A stretch of 64,000 bases of DNA from an uncultured Porphyromonadaceae bacterium (GCA_937891845.1 CALATP010000026.1:26429-90428); one strand, 5' to 3'. Shown: positions 30,018-42,006, counted from the stretch's first letter. Program-made: numbers and translations. The notes: generated by a model from the sequence alone, not told the origin.

Positions 30018-31151
30018 ATGTTGCAACAAGTTCCATCACCCTGTTATGTTCTCGAAGAGGCTCTCTTGCGTCGCAACTTGGCTCTCATCAAGTCGGTCAA
30101 AGAGCGTGCCGGAGTCGAAATAATTATGGCGTTCAAGGCATTTGCCTTGTGGGAAGCATTCCCCATTGTTCGCCAATATATTCCCACCTCTACGGCTAGT
30201 TCTATACACGAGGCGCGTTTGGCTTTCGAGGAGTTGGGCTGTTTGGCTCACACATACTCTCCTGCCTACACCGACGCAACTTTCGACGATATATTGCGTT
30301 ACAGCAGCCATATAACCTTCAATTCGCTTTCGCAATTCAATCACTTTGCCGAGCGTGTGGCTGCATACGACCGACACATTTCGTGTGGCCTGCGCATCAA
30401 TCCCGAGTTCTCCGATGTTGAGACCGACCTTTACAACCCTTGTGCGCCCGGCTCTCGTCTGGGTGTCATTGCCGACCAATTACCTCCCACGTTGCCCGAC
30501 GGTATCGAAGGTCTGCACTTTCACACACTGTGCGAATCCTCTTCCTACGACCTGCAACGCACGCTCGCTGTCGTTGAAGAACGATTTGAACCTTGGCTCA
30601 AACAGGTCAAGTGGCTCAATATGGGTGGCGGGCATCTTATGACTCGCAAGGACTACGATGTGGAGCATCTTATTTCCACTCTCATCGAGTTCCGCAACCG
30701 TCATCCTCACCTCAAGATTATTATGGAACCCGGTAGTGCTTTTGCTTGGCAGACAGGCACTCTTGTCACTACCGTTGTCGATATTGTCGAGAATCACGGC
30801 ATTCGCACCGCTATACTCGATGCCTCTTTTGCCTGCCATATGCCCGATTGTCTCGAAATGCCATACAAGCCTGCCATTCGTGGCGCAAAAGAGCGAGATG
30901 AGTTACCCTACAACTACCGTATGGGTGGTAATTCGTGTCTCAGTGGCGATTTTGTAGGCGACTGGTCTTTCGATCACGAACTGCAAGTAGGAGAGCGCAT
31001 CATCTTCGAAGATATGATTCACTATACCATTGTCAAGACCACAATGTTCAATGGTGTGCCACACCCCTCTATTGCCTGTATCCATAGCGATGGCTCGTTA
31101 GAGGTGTGGAAACAATTCACATATTCCGATTATCGCAATAGAATGGGGTAG
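30018..31151 (+). CDS. nspC: carboxynorspermidine decarboxylase
   Basis: PSPCYVLEEALLRRNL N-terminus, GLRINPEFS and NMGGGH motifs. ATG 30018 avoids overlap with the helicase gene. Confidence 0.85.
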   Translation: MLQQVPSPCYVLEEALLRRNLALIKSVKERAGVEIIMAFKAFALWEAFPIVRQYIPTSTASSIHEARLAFEELGCLAHTYSPAYTDATFDDILRYSSHITFNSLSQFNHFAERVAAYDRHISCGLRINPEFSDVETDLYNPCAPGSRLGVIADQLPPTLPDGIEGLHFHTLCESSSYDLQRTLAVVEERFEPWLKQVKWLNMGGGHLMTRKDYDVEHLISTLIEFRNRHPHLKIIMEPGSAFAWQTGTLVTTVVDIVENHGIRTAILDASFACHMPDCLEMPYKPAIRGAKERDELPYNYRMGGNSCLSGDFVGDWSFDHELQVGERIIFEDMIHYTIVKTTMFNGVPHPSIACIHSDGSLEVWKQFTYSDYRNRMG

Positions 31152-31174
31152 TCGATACATAACTAGAAACATCG

Positions 31175-31214
31175 CAAGGGGCTATGCTCAATTTTTATTG
31201 AGCATAGCCCCTTG
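31175..31214 (+). terminator. intrinsic terminator (perfect 18-bp stem, tttt loop)
   Basis: caaggggctatgctcaat-tttt-attgagcatagccccttg, 24 nt after the nspC stop. Confidence 0.7.
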
Positions 31215-31431
31215 GGTTTGTCAGTGATGACATAACTACTCGTAACTTCTAAATCATAATACACAGCCTTGCATTTGTAATATCCCGATATAAACAATCC
31301 AATCAAATTTATTTTGTTGTTTTTGCTCTATTTCTGGCACATTTTTGTAGTAAAAGAATGAAAATATTTTAAAAAAATGGCATATATTATGTTTATGCTG
31401 TTATTTTATGGAAATTTTATTTAAATTTGCA

Positions 31432-31439
31432 CTATGTGT
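31432..31439 (+). promoter_or_regulatory. -7 promoter box (TAAATTTG) for the efflux operon
   Basis: TAnnTTTG match in an AT-rich spacer, 83 nt upstream of ATG 31522. Confidence 0.4.
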
Positions 31440-31521
31440 GTAGATTGTCGTTAACACGTCAACAATACAACAATTTATTAAACTAAACCGAATTAAAAAA
31501 TTTATAAATTTATTATTGATA

Positions 31522-32925
31522 ATGAAAAAGTTAGCCGCTTCTTTATGTCTGATGTTTGTCGCATTCTCTGCTTTGGCGCAATCGTCTCCCGATAAGTATC
31601 TGGCGCAACCTATGCCCCAACAATGGATGGCCGACTCTCTGATGACCAACCTATCGCCGGCCGACGATATGTGGTGGAATGCCTTTGGTGACACCTGTCT
31701 CACTGCTCTTATTGAGCAAGCTGTTGCCGACAACCACAATCTTATGGCTGCCGCTCAACGTGTTCAAGTTGCCAAGTCTATGTATAATAGCGCGTTGGCC
31801 GGATATTCTCCTATTATTGCACTCAATGGAGCTTGGGTCAACGACCAATCTAGTGGCAATCTCGCCTCTCAATCTACCGACCCTTCGTTGGTGCGATACC
31901 TCGAAGCCGGTATTTCTTTCAATTGGGAAATAGACCTCTTTGGTAAGATATATTTCCGAGCCAAAGAAGGCAAAGAACAATACAATGCTACTCGCGAAGA
32001 ATACAATGCGGTGATGATTTCGCTTTGCGCTCAACTCGCCTCGCAATACATCACATTGCGCACTTATCAAGCACAGATGTCGGTTGCACTCACACATATT
32101 GTTTCGCAACAAGCCATCCTCGATATTACCGAGGCACGATTTGAAACCGGTTTGGCTTCGGCTCTCGATGTGGCTCAAGCCAAGACTGTTTACTTCAACA
32201 CGCGGGCTTCTATTCCCGCATTACAGGCTGCCATCGACAACCAAATCAATGTGATAGCTGTACTTCTTGGCAAGTATCCTGCCGATATTTATCAACGTTT
32301 GTCCGCTCCGGCTCCGCAAGTCGAGTATTTACAATTGGTCAGCGTTGGTATTCCTTACGACCTGTTGCGTCGTCGTCCCGACTTGCGACAAGCCGAGTAC
32401 AACATCGCTGCTCAAGCTGCGGCTGTGGGCATTGCTATCACCGATTTTCTCCCTTCTCTATCGCTCAATGGTAGTGTCGGATTGGCTTCGCACGACCCCG
32501 CGCGTTTCTTCGACAATAGCAGTCTTACATTCAATATCACCCCCACATTCAAGTGGACTCTTTTCAACGGTACTCAGCGTTTCCAAGCTCGCAATGCTGC
32601 CAAAGCTCAAATGCAAGCTGCTGTCGATACCTACAACAATACTGTTCTATTGGCGGTGCAAGAGGTTGAGAGTGCTATGTCTTCTTACAAGAACACTGTT
32701 AAGCAACTCGTTTTCTTGAGAGAACTGGTCAATCAAGGACAGACTACGCTCGACCTCTCTATCGAGCTTTATAAGAATGGTCTCATCGATTTCCAAACCG
32801 TCCTCGATGCTCAACGTCAGATGCTATCGTATCAAAACACGCTAGAGTCTACCCGTGGCTCTTCTGCTATTGCTCTTGTCAATCTTTACCAAGCACTAGG
32901 TGGTGGTTGGAATAATGCCGAATAA
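31522..32925 (+). CDS. efflux transporter outer-membrane factor (TolC/NodT family)
   Basis: Signal peptide, two OEP repeats, C-terminal LYQALGGGW. Confidence 0.9.
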   Translation: MKKLAASLCLMFVAFSALAQSSPDKYLAQPMPQQWMADSLMTNLSPADDMWWNAFGDTCLTALIEQAVADNHNLMAAAQRVQVAKSMYNSALAGYSPIIALNGAWVNDQSSGNLASQSTDPSLVRYLEAGISFNWEIDLFGKIYFRAKEGKEQYNATREEYNAVMISLCAQLASQYITLRTYQAQMSVALTHIVSQQAILDITEARFETGLASALDVAQAKTVYFNTRASIPALQAAIDNQINVIAVLLGKYPADIYQRLSAPAPQVEYLQLVSVGIPYDLLRRRPDLRQAEYNIAAQAAAVGIAITDFLPSLSLNGSVGLASHDPARFFDNSSLTFNITPTFKWTLFNGTQRFQARNAAKAQMQAAVDTYNNTVLLAVQEVESAMSSYKNTVKQLVFLRELVNQGQTTLDLSIELYKNGLIDFQTVLDAQRQMLSYQNTLESTRGSSAIALVNLYQALGGGWNNAE

Positions 32926-32947
32926 TAATCCTATAAAATATACAATT

Positions 32948-34057
32948 ATGAACATTCGTAATGTTGTGGCGGTATTCATCACCGCACTCCTTTTCTTAAG
33001 TTGTCAAAATAAAGATACTGCCGGAGATACTGCCTCGGTTGCACCGTCTATTTCGGTCGCTCAGGCGCTCGAAGACTCTGTAACTCTTTTCGCTTCATAT
33101 CCCGGATATCTCGAAGCTGCCGATTATGTCGATCTCGTTGCTCGTGTCAGTGGCTATCAAGAGGCCTCTAGATATGTCGCCGGTGGTCGTGTCAGCAAGG
33201 GCGATACGCTTTTCATTATCGAGCCGGCTCAATATATCGATGCTGTTGCTCAAGCCGAGGCCGCTCTCGCTACTGCTCAAGCCGAGTTTTACTATGCCGA
33301 GAACAACTTCAAGCGTATGAAAGATGTGCAGAATAGCAACGCTATCAGCGAGATTGACCTCATTCGTGCCGAGGCGGCATACTATCAGTCCGAGGCGGCC
33401 ATCAAAACTGCCGAGGCTGCATTGCAATCGGCTCGCACTCAACTCAGCTACTGCTATGTTGTAGCTCCATTCTCCGGTCGTCCCACTTCTTCTACTTATG
33501 GCAATGGCGACTATTTGCGTGCCGGTGAGAAGTTGGCTACACTCTATCGTGATAACAAAATGTTTGCCTATTTCAGCATCGATGATGCTCAATATATGAG
33601 ACTTATCCAAAATCTTAAAAACGACCGAACCAAACTTGCCGCCGACGATGTTCGTCTCACTTTCAGCGAGCCTCTTCCGCACGATTATATCGGTCACATC
33701 GATTATGTAGCTCCCAATCTCGACCTCAACACCGGTACTTTGCGTATTCGTGTGCTCGTCGACAACCCTTATGGCGAGCTCAAGCACGGTATGTTCACAA
33801 CTGTACATATGCCTTACTCGCGTCGCGAGAAAGCTATTATGGTACGTGATGCTTCTATTGGTACCGACCAAGTAGGTAAGTATATCTTCGTCGTTAATGA
33901 CTCTAATCGTGTCGAGATGCGACACATCGAGATTGGCGAGGCTTATCAAGACTCTATGCGCATTGTCACTTCAGGACTCCAACCTGGTGAGATGTACGTA
34001 ACTCGTGCATTGCAAAAGGTACGCGAGGGTATGACCATCAACCCCGTTGTAGAATAA
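32948..34057 (+). CDS. efflux RND periplasmic adaptor (membrane fusion protein)
   Basis: Lipoprotein-like N-terminus (FLSC), a coiled-coil hairpin (AEAALATAQAEF...AEAALQSARTQLSY) and beta-barrel domains. Confidence 0.9.
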   Translation: MNIRNVVAVFITALLFLSCQNKDTAGDTASVAPSISVAQALEDSVTLFASYPGYLEAADYVDLVARVSGYQEASRYVAGGRVSKGDTLFIIEPAQYIDAVAQAEAALATAQAEFYYAENNFKRMKDVQNSNAISEIDLIRAEAAYYQSEAAIKTAEAALQSARTQLSYCYVVAPFSGRPTSSTYGNGDYLRAGEKLATLYRDNKMFAYFSIDDAQYMRLIQNLKNDRTKLAADDVRLTFSEPLPHDYIGHIDYVAPNLDLNTGTLRIRVLVDNPYGELKHGMFTTVHMPYSRREKAIMVRDASIGTDQVGKYIFVVNDSNRVEMRHIEIGEAYQDSMRIVTSGLQPGEMYVTRALQKVREGMTINPVVE

Positions 34058-34091
34058 TGTTTTTACCTAACTTCGACTAATAGATAAACTT

Positions 34092-37000
34092 ATGTTATCG
34101 AAATTTTTTGTTAAGCATCCCATATTTGCCACCGTATTAGCGTTGGTTATGGTACTGGCCGGTGGTATCACGATGTTTACCCTGCCCATTGCACAGTACC
34201 CCGAGATTACGCCTCCTACTGTACAAGTTACGGCGATTTATCCCGGTGCCGATGCCGAGACTATTGCCGAAACGGTGGGTGTACCCATTGAGCAACAAGT
34301 CAATGGTGTTGAAGGTATGATATATATGAGTTCTGTGTCTTCTTCTACCGGACAGTACAACCTTACCATTACTTTTGAGGTCGGTACCGACATCGATATG
34401 GCTACGGTTTTGGTGCAGAATCGTGTCAGTACAGCACAAAACTCACTCCCGCAAGCCGTTATCGAGCAGGGTATTACTACGCAAAAGCAATCTACTAGTA
34501 TCGTGCTTTTCGTTGCTTTGCGTTCTGACAAGCCCGAGTATGATGGCCTTTATCTCTCTAACTATGCCAAGCTCAAAGTGACCGACGAGTTATCACGTCT
34601 TCCTGGCGTGGGTAGTGTTTCGGTTTTTGGTGCCGACGAGTACAGTATGCGTGTTTGGCTCAAGCCCGACGTGATGCAGATGCGCGGTATTACCGCTGCC
34701 GAGGTTTACAATGCCATTGCAGCACAAAACGTCGTGTCGCCCGCCGGTAGTGTGGGTCAACAACCTGTTTCTATGCCCGAGGCTTTCCAATTTACACTCA
34801 AAACGGAGGGTATGATGAACGATGTTTCGCAATTTGGCGACATCATTCTGCGTTCCGATGGTAAGGGCGGTTATTTGCGCCTCAAAGATGTGGCCGATAT
34901 TGAGTTGGGTAGTGCCGCTTATAATATCAACTCTAAACTCAATGGTGAAGAAACAGCGGCTATCGGTATCTATCAGCTACCGGGTTCTAATGCGCTCGAT
35001 GTTGCTAGCAACGTTCGCGAAAAGATGGACGAGCTCAAGCAATACTTCCCCGACGGAGTCGACTATGAAGTCGTCTTGGATACTACCGAGTTTGTTACCG
35101 CATCTATCGAGGAGGTACTCATCACATTTGTCGAAACAACACTTATTGTGATGCTCGTTATCCTTCTCTTCTTGCAGAACTTCCGTGCCGTTATCATTCC
35201 TTCGCTCACCATTCCTGTTTCGCTTGTAGCCACTTTTGCCGTTATGCAAGTGATGGGATTTTCTATCAACACGCTCACTCTCTTCGGTCTTGTATTGGCT
35301 ATTGCCATTGTAGTAGATGATGCTATTGTGGTGGTTGAGAATGCCACACGTCTGCTCGACACAGGGCAGTACACACGTCAGGAAGCTGTTATCAAGGCAA
35401 TGGACGAGATTACCGGGCCTGTTATCGGTGTGGTTTTGGTGCTTTTGTCTGTATTTGTTCCCACAGCCTTTATCAGTGGTATTACCGGTGTGTTATACAA
35501 GCAATTTGCCCTCACTATTGCCGTTGCCACAATCTTTAGTGGTCTCAATTCGCTCACCCTCACACCCGCTTTGTGTGCTTTGTTCTTGCAACCCACTCGC
35601 GAGACCAAGTTCTTTATTTATCGTGGATTTAACAAGGCTTTCGATGTGACTCTATCGGGATATGTTGCACTTATTACCAATATGATCAAGAAACCGGTCA
35701 TTGCAATGATTATTTTTGCCGCTTTGGCCGTTGCCGGTTTTTATGGTTATATGAAGTGGCCTACATCATTCATTCCGGCCGAAGATTTGGGCTATCTCAT
35801 CACTTCGGTTCAGTTGCCCAATGCATCATCGCTCGACCGTACTGAAGATGTTACCGAACGATTGCAAAAGACTATCTCGCAATATCCCGAGGTGGAGAAT
35901 GTTCTCGTTATCAACGGTTTCTCTTCTCTGTTTGGTTCACAGTCGTCCAACTTGGCAACCTTCTTTGTCGTTCTCAAGCACTGGCACGAGCGACCCGGTG
36001 AAGAACACAGTTCCGACGCTGTCGTAGCCCGCATCAACCGCGATGCCGCGGTCATCGAAGATGCCATTATATTTGCCGTTAATCCGCCTTCTATTCAAGG
36101 TCTTGGTACAACAGGTGGTCTCGAATGGCAACTCGAAGACATCAACAACCAAGGGGTTACAGGTATCGAGTCGGCATTGCGAACAATGCAGGCTAATATC
36201 AAAGACTATCCCGCTTTGGCATCTCTTACATCTTTCTTCGAGGGTGCCACTCCTCAATATTTCATACAGTTCGACCGTAGCAAAGTTGAACTGATGGGTG
36301 TCAATATAAGTGATGTATTCAAGGCTCTGGCCTTCCAGATGGGTGCTAGTTATGTCAATGACTTTACCGACTTTGGTCGCGTATATCAAGTGAAAATCAG
36401 TGCCGAGGCGCAAGCTCGTGCCAACATCGATGATGTTCTCAAACTCACCGTTAAGAACAAGAATGGTGAGATGGTTCCCTTTGCTGCCTTTACCAATGTC
36501 AAGTCGGTTATGGGTCAAAACTTGGTTACTCGTTACAATATGTACCCATCGGCCTCTATTACTTGTATTCCTGCTGCCGGTGCTAGCTCGGCGCAAGGTA
36601 TTGCACAGACCGAAGAAATGGTACAAAGCACGCTCGGTAAGAACTATGCACTCAGTTGGACGGGTATGGCTCAGCAAGAAAAAGAGTCGGGCTCTTCCGT
36701 AACAATCGTTTTTGCCCTGGCTATCATTCTCGTTATCTTTGTGTTGGCTGCGCAATACGAAAGTTGGACCGATCCTATTGCCGTAATTTTATCATTGCCT
36801 ACTGCACTGCTCGGTACAGTGGCCGGATGTTGGATTATGGGCGAGTCGGTGAGTATCTATACACAGATTGGTGTTATCCTGCTCATTGCACTCTCGGCCA
36901 AGAATGCCATCCTCATTGTCGAGTTTGCTCGCGACTACCGCAAGGAGGGTATTCCCATCAAAAAAGCCGCTATCGATGCCGGTCGTTTGCGCTTGAGACC

Positions 37001-37250
37001 CATTCTTATGACATCTTTGGCATTCATCATTGGTGTATTACCCTTGCTCTTTGCATCGGGTGCCGGTGCTGCTAGCCGTATCTCGCTAGGTGCTGCTGTG
37101 GTATTCGGTATGCTTGCCAATACTCTGTTGGGTACACTTTTCATCCCCAACTTCTGGGTGATGATGCAATCGTTCCAAGAGAAATATCTGGCCGGTATCT
37201 TCTCCGAGGATAAAGAAAAGAAAAATAAGAAGAAAGAAATTCAAGAATAA
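34092..37250 (+). CDS. RND efflux permease (AcrB/HAE1 family)
   Basis: 1052 aa, 12-TM architecture. Starts [13 protein letters not shown] and contains [11 protein letters not shown]. Confidence 0.95.
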   Translation: MLSKFFVKHPIFATVLALVMVLAGGITMFTLPIAQYPEITPPTVQVTAIYPGADAETIAETVGVPIEQQVNGVEGMIYMSSVSSSTGQYNLTITFEVGTDIDMATVLVQNRVSTAQNSLPQAVIEQGITTQKQSTSIVLFVALRSDKPEYDGLYLSNYAKLKVTDELSRLPGVGSVSVFGADEYSMRVWLKPDVMQMRGITAAEVYNAIAAQNVVSPAGSVGQQPVSMPEAFQFTLKTEGMMNDVSQFGDIILRSDGKGGYLRLKDVADIELGSAAYNINSKLNGEETAAIGIYQLPGSNALDVASNVREKMDELKQYFPDGVDYEVVLDTTEFVTASIEEVLITFVETTLIVMLVILLFLQNFRAVIIPSLTIPVSLVATFAVMQVMGFSINTLTLFGLVLAIAIVVDDAIVVVENATRLLDTGQYTRQEAVIKAMDEITGPVIGVVLVLLSVFVPTAFISGITGVLYKQFALTIAVATIFSGLNSLTLTPALCALFLQPTRETKFFIYRGFNKAFDVTLSGYVALITNMIKKPVIAMIIFAALAVAGFYGYMKWPTSFIPAEDLGYLITSVQLPNASSLDRTEDVTERLQKTISQYPEVENVLVINGFSSLFGSQSSNLATFFVVLKHWHERPGEEHSSDAVVARINRDAAVIEDAIIFAVNPPSIQGLGTTGGLEWQLEDINNQGVTGIESALRTMQANIKDYPALASLTSFFEGATPQYFIQFDRSKVELMGVNISDVFKALAFQMGASYVNDFTDFGRVYQVKISAEAQARANIDDVLKLTVKNKNGEMVPFAAFTNVKSVMGQNLVTRYNMYPSASITCIPAAGASSAQGIAQTEEMVQSTLGKNYALSWTGMAQQEKESGSSVTIVFALAIILVIFVLAAQYESWTDPIAVILSLPTALLGTVAGCWIMGESVSIYTQIGVILLIALSAKNAILIVEFARDYRKEGIPIKKAAIDAGRLRLRPILMTSLAFIIGVLPLLFASGAGAASRISLGAAVVFGMLANTLLGTLFIPNFWVMMQSFQEKYLAGIFSEDKEKKNKKKEIQE

Positions 37251-37307
37251 CAACAACCTGTTTCGGCTAGTCGTTAAGGCCGGGCGATAGGGGAGATATA
37301 TTCCGTT

Positions 37308-37340
37308 AGAGACCACATCCATTGTCGGGGTGTGGTCTCT
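37308..37340 (+). terminator. intrinsic terminator after the RND operon
   Basis: agagaccaca / tgtggtctct 10-bp stem with a 13-nt loop, followed by ttctgttg. Confidence 0.6.
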
Positions 37341-37548
37341 TTCTGTTGTACAACAATCCTTCTACAACACAAGTAGCAAGCTATTACATCACACACTCCG
37401 CTACATACTGCTTTTCCACCGGTCAATGCATCGTCTGGGCACCACCTCTTTTCATTCATCGAGTTGTTGAGGAATGTTGCGGAATTTATTCCTTCACGTC
37501 ACTCTTTATTTCAATTTTCAGCCTATTGCATTTACCAATTTCTTTAGC

Positions 37549-37556
37549 TAACTTTG
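37549..37556 (+). promoter_or_regulatory. -7 promoter box (TAACTTTG) upstream of rfbA
   Basis: TAnnTTTG match 147 nt upstream of ATG 37703. Confidence 0.35.
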
Positions 37557-37702
37557 TAACCTATAATACACCAACGCTCCTCGATATATGACACCGAGGA
37601 ACGCGAAGCGCGCCCTGATCTATCCTGCGCGTGGGTAAAGGCGCTGATACACTGTGTGTTATAATAATTTGTTGTTGCATATTATTTAGTCCCCGAATAT
37701 CT

Positions 37703-38611
37703 ATGAAAGGCATTGTATTGGCCGGTGGTAGTGGTACACGTTTATATCCTATTACCAAAGGGGTAAGTAAGCAATTACTACCCATTTACGACAAACCTAT
37801 GGTATATTATCCCATATCGGCACTGATGTTGGCCGGTATTCGCGACATACTCATCATTTCCACACCCGACGATTTGCCTGCATTCCGCCGTCTTTTGGGG
37901 GATGGTAGTGATTACGGTGTACACTTTGAGTATGCCGAGCAGCCATCGCCCGATGGCTTGGCTCAAGCCTTCATCATTGGCGAAGAGTTTATCGGTGACG
38001 ATGCCGCTTGTTTGGTGCTTGGCGATAATATCTTTCACGGTGCCGGTTTTTCTCAACTCTTGCAACAAGCTGTCGTAGATGCCGAACAGAACAACAAGGC
38101 TACTGTCTTTGGTTATTGGGTCGATGACCCCGAGAGATACGGTGTCGCCGAGTTCGATGCACAAGGTAATTGTTTGTCTATCGAGGAGAAGCCCCAAAAT
38201 CCCAAGTCCAATTATGCAGTCGTAGGCCTATATTTCTATCCCAACAGGGTGGTCGACATTGCCAAGAATATCAAGCCTTCTGCACGTGGTGAGTTGGAAA
38301 TTACTTCTGTCAATCAGCAATTTCTAGCCGATGCACAGCTCAAAGTACAAACACTCGGACGTGGTTTTGCTTGGCTCGATACTGGTACACACGACTCTTT
38401 GGCCGAGGCTTCCATATTTGTTGAGGTTATTGAGAAACGTCAGGGTCTCAAAATAGCCTGTCTCGAAGGTATTGCCTACCGTCGTGGATGGATTGACAAA
38501 GAAAAGATGACACGATTGGCACAACCTATGCTCAAGAACCAATACGGACAATACTTGCTCAAGGTTATAAACGAGGTTGAGCACAACTCTATTCACCCCG
38601 ATTGCGGTTAG
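37703..38611 (+). CDS. rfbA: glucose-1-phosphate thymidylyltransferase
   Basis: [18 protein letters not shown], and YDKPMVYYP. Confidence 0.95.
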   Translation: MKGIVLAGGSGTRLYPITKGVSKQLLPIYDKPMVYYPISALMLAGIRDILIISTPDDLPAFRRLLGDGSDYGVHFEYAEQPSPDGLAQAFIIGEEFIGDDAACLVLGDNIFHGAGFSQLLQQAVVDAEQNNKATVFGYWVDDPERYGVAEFDAQGNCLSIEEKPQNPKSNYAVVGLYFYPNRVVDIAKNIKPSARGELEITSVNQQFLADAQLKVQTLGRGFAWLDTGTHDSLAEASIFVEVIEKRQGLKIACLEGIAYRRGWIDKEKMTRLAQPMLKNQYGQYLLKVINEVEHNSIHPDCG

Positions 38612-38642
38612 CATCTACTCACACGTTAATAGTACTTTTATA

Positions 38643-39197
38643 ATGGAAGTAATAAAAACCTCAATAGAAGGGCTGTTCATCATCGAGCCTCGCATCTTTG
38701 CCGACGACCGAGGTTATTTCTTCGAGTCCTTTTCGCAGCGAGAGTTCGACGAGAAAGTTGCCCCCATACGTTTTGTTCAAGACAACGAGTCCAAGTCGGT
38801 ATTTGGTGTTGTTCGTGGGTTGCATTTTCAACGGCCTCCCTATGCACAAAGCAAGCTTGTCAGGGTCATAAAGGGTAGGGTGCTTGATGTGGCTGTCGAC
38901 ATTCGTCGTGACTCGCCCACTTATGGCAAGCACGTTGCCGTAGAGTTGTCCGAGGAAAATCACCGCCAATTCTTCATCCCTCAAGGATTTGCTCACGGTT
39001 TTGCTGTCCTCAGCAACGAAGCGATTTTTCAGTATAAATGCGATAATTTCTATGCTCCCGAAAGCGAAGGTGCCATCGCTTGGAACGACCCTCAATTGGG
39101 CATCGATTGGAAAATTCCTGCCGATAAAATTATCCTTTCGCACAAAGACCGGCTCAACCCACCATTCACTCTGTTATCCGACAATCCGTCTTTCTAG
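38643..39197 (+). CDS. rfbC: dTDP-4-dehydrorhamnose 3,5-epimerase
   Basis: IEGLFIIEPRIFADDRGYFFESF, RGLHFQ, and KLVRV. Confidence 0.95.
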   Translation: MEVIKTSIEGLFIIEPRIFADDRGYFFESFSQREFDEKVAPIRFVQDNESKSVFGVVRGLHFQRPPYAQSKLVRVIKGRVLDVAVDIRRDSPTYGKHVAVELSEENHRQFFIPQGFAHGFAVLSNEAIFQYKCDNFYAPESEGAIAWNDPQLGIDWKIPADKIILSHKDRLNPPFTLLSDNPSF

Positions 39198-39228
39198 TAT
39201 CTTCATTCTGTAATTATATCTTTACGTT

Positions 39229-40095
39229 GTGAATATCCTTATTACAGGTGCCAACGGACAACTAGGCACCTCTTTGCAGCAAATTCCCGCTCCCGAGGGC
39301 GACAAATACATATACACCGATGTCGAGCAGCTCGACATCACTTGTCGTGACAAAGTATTTGATTGTGTCATTGGCAACAAAATCGATGTTATCATCAACT
39401 GTGCCGCCTATACCAACGTCGACCGTGCCGAAGACGAGCCGCAGCTTGCCAATCTCATTAACAATATTGCGGTCGAAAATTTGGCTTTGGCTTCAGCCAA
39501 GGCCTCGGCCACACTCATCCACATCTCTACCGACTACGTCTTTGGTGGCAACACTCACAATACTCCTTGCAACGAGTTGGTCGATGTTCATCCCACGAGC
39601 GTATACGGGGCTACCAAGTTGGCCGGTGAGCAAGCCATTCTTCGTTCCGGCTGTCAACACATCATCATCCGCACCGCGTGGTTATACAGCCCTTATGGCA
39701 AGAACTTCCTCAAAACAATGCTCAACCTCACAGCCGAGAGAGAGCAAGTATCTGTCGTGTTCGACCAAGTTGGCACACCCACATACGCCGCTCATTTGGC
39801 CGCGGCCATACGTTACATAGTCGATACGCGACAACTTCACAAAACAGGCCTTTATCATTACAGCAATCAAGGTGTATGCTCGTGGTACGATTTTGCTCAC
39901 GCTATCGCTTCATTGGCCGGTCACACACAATGCAAGGTCAATCCCTGTTACAGCTCTCAATTCCCCTCAAAGGTGGTAAGACCTGCTTATTCTGTTTTAG
40001 ACAAAACTAAGATTACAAATACTTTCGGCATTGACATACCTCACTGGTTCGATGCCCTCAAAGAGTGTATGTTACAGATACAATCTCAGTGCTAA
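39229..40095 (+). CDS. rfbD: dTDP-4-dehydrorhamnose reductase
   Basis: ILITGANGQLG, STDYVF, YGATKLAGE. GTG start. Confidence 0.9.
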   Translation: MNILITGANGQLGTSLQQIPAPEGDKYIYTDVEQLDITCRDKVFDCVIGNKIDVIINCAAYTNVDRAEDEPQLANLINNIAVENLALASAKASATLIHISTDYVFGGNTHNTPCNELVDVHPTSVYGATKLAGEQAILRSGCQHIIIRTAWLYSPYGKNFLKTMLNLTAEREQVSVVFDQVGTPTYAAHLAAAIRYIVDTRQLHKTGLYHYSNQGVCSWYDFAHAIASLAGHTQCKVNPCYSSQFPSKVVRPAYSVLDKTKITNTFGIDIPHWFDALKECMLQIQSQC

Positions 40096-40116
40096 CCCTT
40101 TCAACTTTCTCTTACA

Positions 40117-41178
40117 ATGAATATTCTCATTACCGGTGGTGCCGGGTTTATAGGTAGTCACGTTGTACGACTCTTTGTCAACCGTTACCCGCATTACAAC
40201 ATCATAAATCTCGACAAGCTCACTTACGCTGGCAACCTTGCCAATTTATCCGATGTCGAAGGTAAACTGGGTTATAGATTTCATCGTGTCGATATTTGCG
40301 ACTATGACGAGGTATATTCCATCATTGCACACTACCACATCGATGGCATCATACATTTGGCTGCCGAGAGCCACGTCGATCGTTCCATTCGCGACCCATT
40401 TGCCTTTGCACGCACCAATGTGTTAGGAACACTCACGCTATTGCAAGCTGCACGAGCCTATTGGGAGTCTTTGCCCGAGCGTTACGAGGGTAAGCGTTTT
40501 TATCACATCTCTACCGATGAGGTATACGGTGCCTTGCAGTTCGATGACACCCTTTTTACCGAGGATACTCGTTACAACCCTCACAGCCCATATTCGGCTA
40601 GTAAGGCCGCCAGCGATCACTTTGTTCGTGCCTATCACGACACGTATGGTATGCCCACAATTGTTACCAACTGTTCCAATAATTATGGCCCATACCAATT
40701 CCCTGAGAAACTGATACCTCTCTTTATCAACAATATTCGTCATCGCAAGCCGCTGCCTGTATACGGAAAGGGCGAGAATGTGCGCGATTGGTTGTATGTC
40801 GAAGACCACGCTCGTGCCATTGACACGATTTTCCACAACGGTCGCATCAACGAGACATACAATATTGGTGGCTTCAACGAGTGGCGCAACATCGACCTCA
40901 TCAAAGTACTCATTGCCACTGTCGATCGACAATTGGGCAATCCCGATGGATACTCTCTCGACCTCATTACATACGTTACCGACCGCCCGGGACACGACCT
41001 GCGGTATGCTATCGACTCCTCCAAGTTGAAAAACGAGTTGGGTTGGGAGCCTTCTTTACAATTTGAAGAAGGCATCGACCGCACAGTCGCGTGGTATCTC
41101 AACAACCAACAATGGCTCGACAACGTTACCTCCGGCGATTATATGAAATATTATGATCAGATGTACAACAATCGATAA
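40117..41178 (+). CDS. rfbB: dTDP-glucose 4,6-dehydratase
   Basis: ILITGGAGFIGSH, ISTDEVYG, YSASKAASDH. Confidence 0.95.
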   Translation: MNILITGGAGFIGSHVVRLFVNRYPHYNIINLDKLTYAGNLANLSDVEGKLGYRFHRVDICDYDEVYSIIAHYHIDGIIHLAAESHVDRSIRDPFAFARTNVLGTLTLLQAARAYWESLPERYEGKRFYHISTDEVYGALQFDDTLFTEDTRYNPHSPYSASKAASDHFVRAYHDTYGMPTIVTNCSNNYGPYQFPEKLIPLFINNIRHRKPLPVYGKGENVRDWLYVEDHARAIDTIFHNGRINETYNIGGFNEWRNIDLIKVLIATVDRQLGNPDGYSLDLITYVTDRPGHDLRYAIDSSKLKNELGWEPSLQFEEGIDRTVAWYLNNQQWLDNVTSGDYMKYYDQMYNNR

Positions 41179-41190
41179 TTGACATTATCA

Positions 41191-41928
41191 ATGTTCTATT
41201 TCCTGTCTCGCATATTCGCTTGGGTTGCCGAACCGTTGGCCTATATTTTCATCTGTTTTATATTGGCAGTTTTCTTGCCGGCCAAGTTCAAGCGTACAAA
41301 GCTATTTTTGGCTATTATTGCCATTGCTATGTCGCTCATATTCTCCAACCCTATGCTATACACGTATGCCGAGCGTAGTTGGTGTCCCACCGATATGAGT
41401 CAGTCCGACACGACACACTACGATTACGGTGTCGTATTGGGTGGTTTTGGTCATTACGACAACAATACTGGCAATATCGACTATCATCGTGCCATCGACA
41501 GGCTATTTACGGCTGTGCGATATTACCGACAAGGACGCATCGATTATATCTTGCTTACGGGCGACGGTCTCACTACCGATAGTGCTACATTCTATCGCGA
41601 GATGCAGCAACTATTTGCCATCCCTCCGCAAGCCCTCATTCGCGAGCCTTTGGCTCGTTCTACTCGCGAGAATGCTCAATATACCGCCCGATTGTTGCAA
41701 CAACACAACGATGCTCGCATAGCGGTCTTTACGTCTGCTATACATATGCCTCGTACACAACTTACATTCAGTCAAGAAGGTGTGTCGGCTACATACATCC
41801 CTTGCGATTTTCGTTCGCGTAGCAACAACTTTTTTGCTATGTGGTTCCCTTCTCCCAAGGTGTTGGCCGACTGGGGCGATCTCATACACGAGTGGGTGGG
41901 TTGTGTCGTTTATCGATTGTTTCACTGA
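41191..41928 (+). CDS. YdcF/ElyC-family (DUF218) membrane-associated protein
   Basis: N-terminal TM helices, then a DUF218-like core (VVLGG...ILLTGDG...STRENA). TTG 41179 is an alternative start. Confidence 0.65.
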   Translation: MFYFLSRIFAWVAEPLAYIFICFILAVFLPAKFKRTKLFLAIIAIAMSLIFSNPMLYTYAERSWCPTDMSQSDTTHYDYGVVLGGFGHYDNNTGNIDYHRAIDRLFTAVRYYRQGRIDYILLTGDGLTTDSATFYREMQQLFAIPPQALIREPLARSTRENAQYTARLLQQHNDARIAVFTSAIHMPRTQLTFSQEGVSATYIPCDFRSRSNNFFAMWFPSPKVLADWGDLIHEWVGCVVYRLFH

Positions 41929-42006
41929 GTTTTTATGCCGTTCGATAATTATTAATAAACCGATTATAAATCTGTACTTCCTGTAAGTACCCTATAAATA
42001 TTCATT

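Noticed and set aside
33095-33949. 284-aa ORF antisense to the RND adaptor gene. Similar long antisense or alternate-frame ORFs occur at 35937-36755, 40438-40995, 31651-32178, 27578-28042, 49902-50567, 51872-52552, 53193-53762, 18239-18721, 16718-17140 and 17752-18207.
   Set aside because: Each lies entirely within a confidently assigned gene with clear family motifs. Their translations are low-complexity or rich in Arg/Ser/Cys, as expected for shadow ORFs in GC-richer coding DNA.
37251-37702. 450-nt spacer before rfbA, and the long upstream extension of the rfbA ORF (track start 37631)
   Set aside because: The spacer is explained by a terminator hairpin (37308-37340) and a -7 box (37549-37556). 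The canonical RfbA N-terminus MKGIVLAGG starts at 37703, and the extension is Cys/Ile-rich with no resemblance to the RfbA N-terminal sequence.
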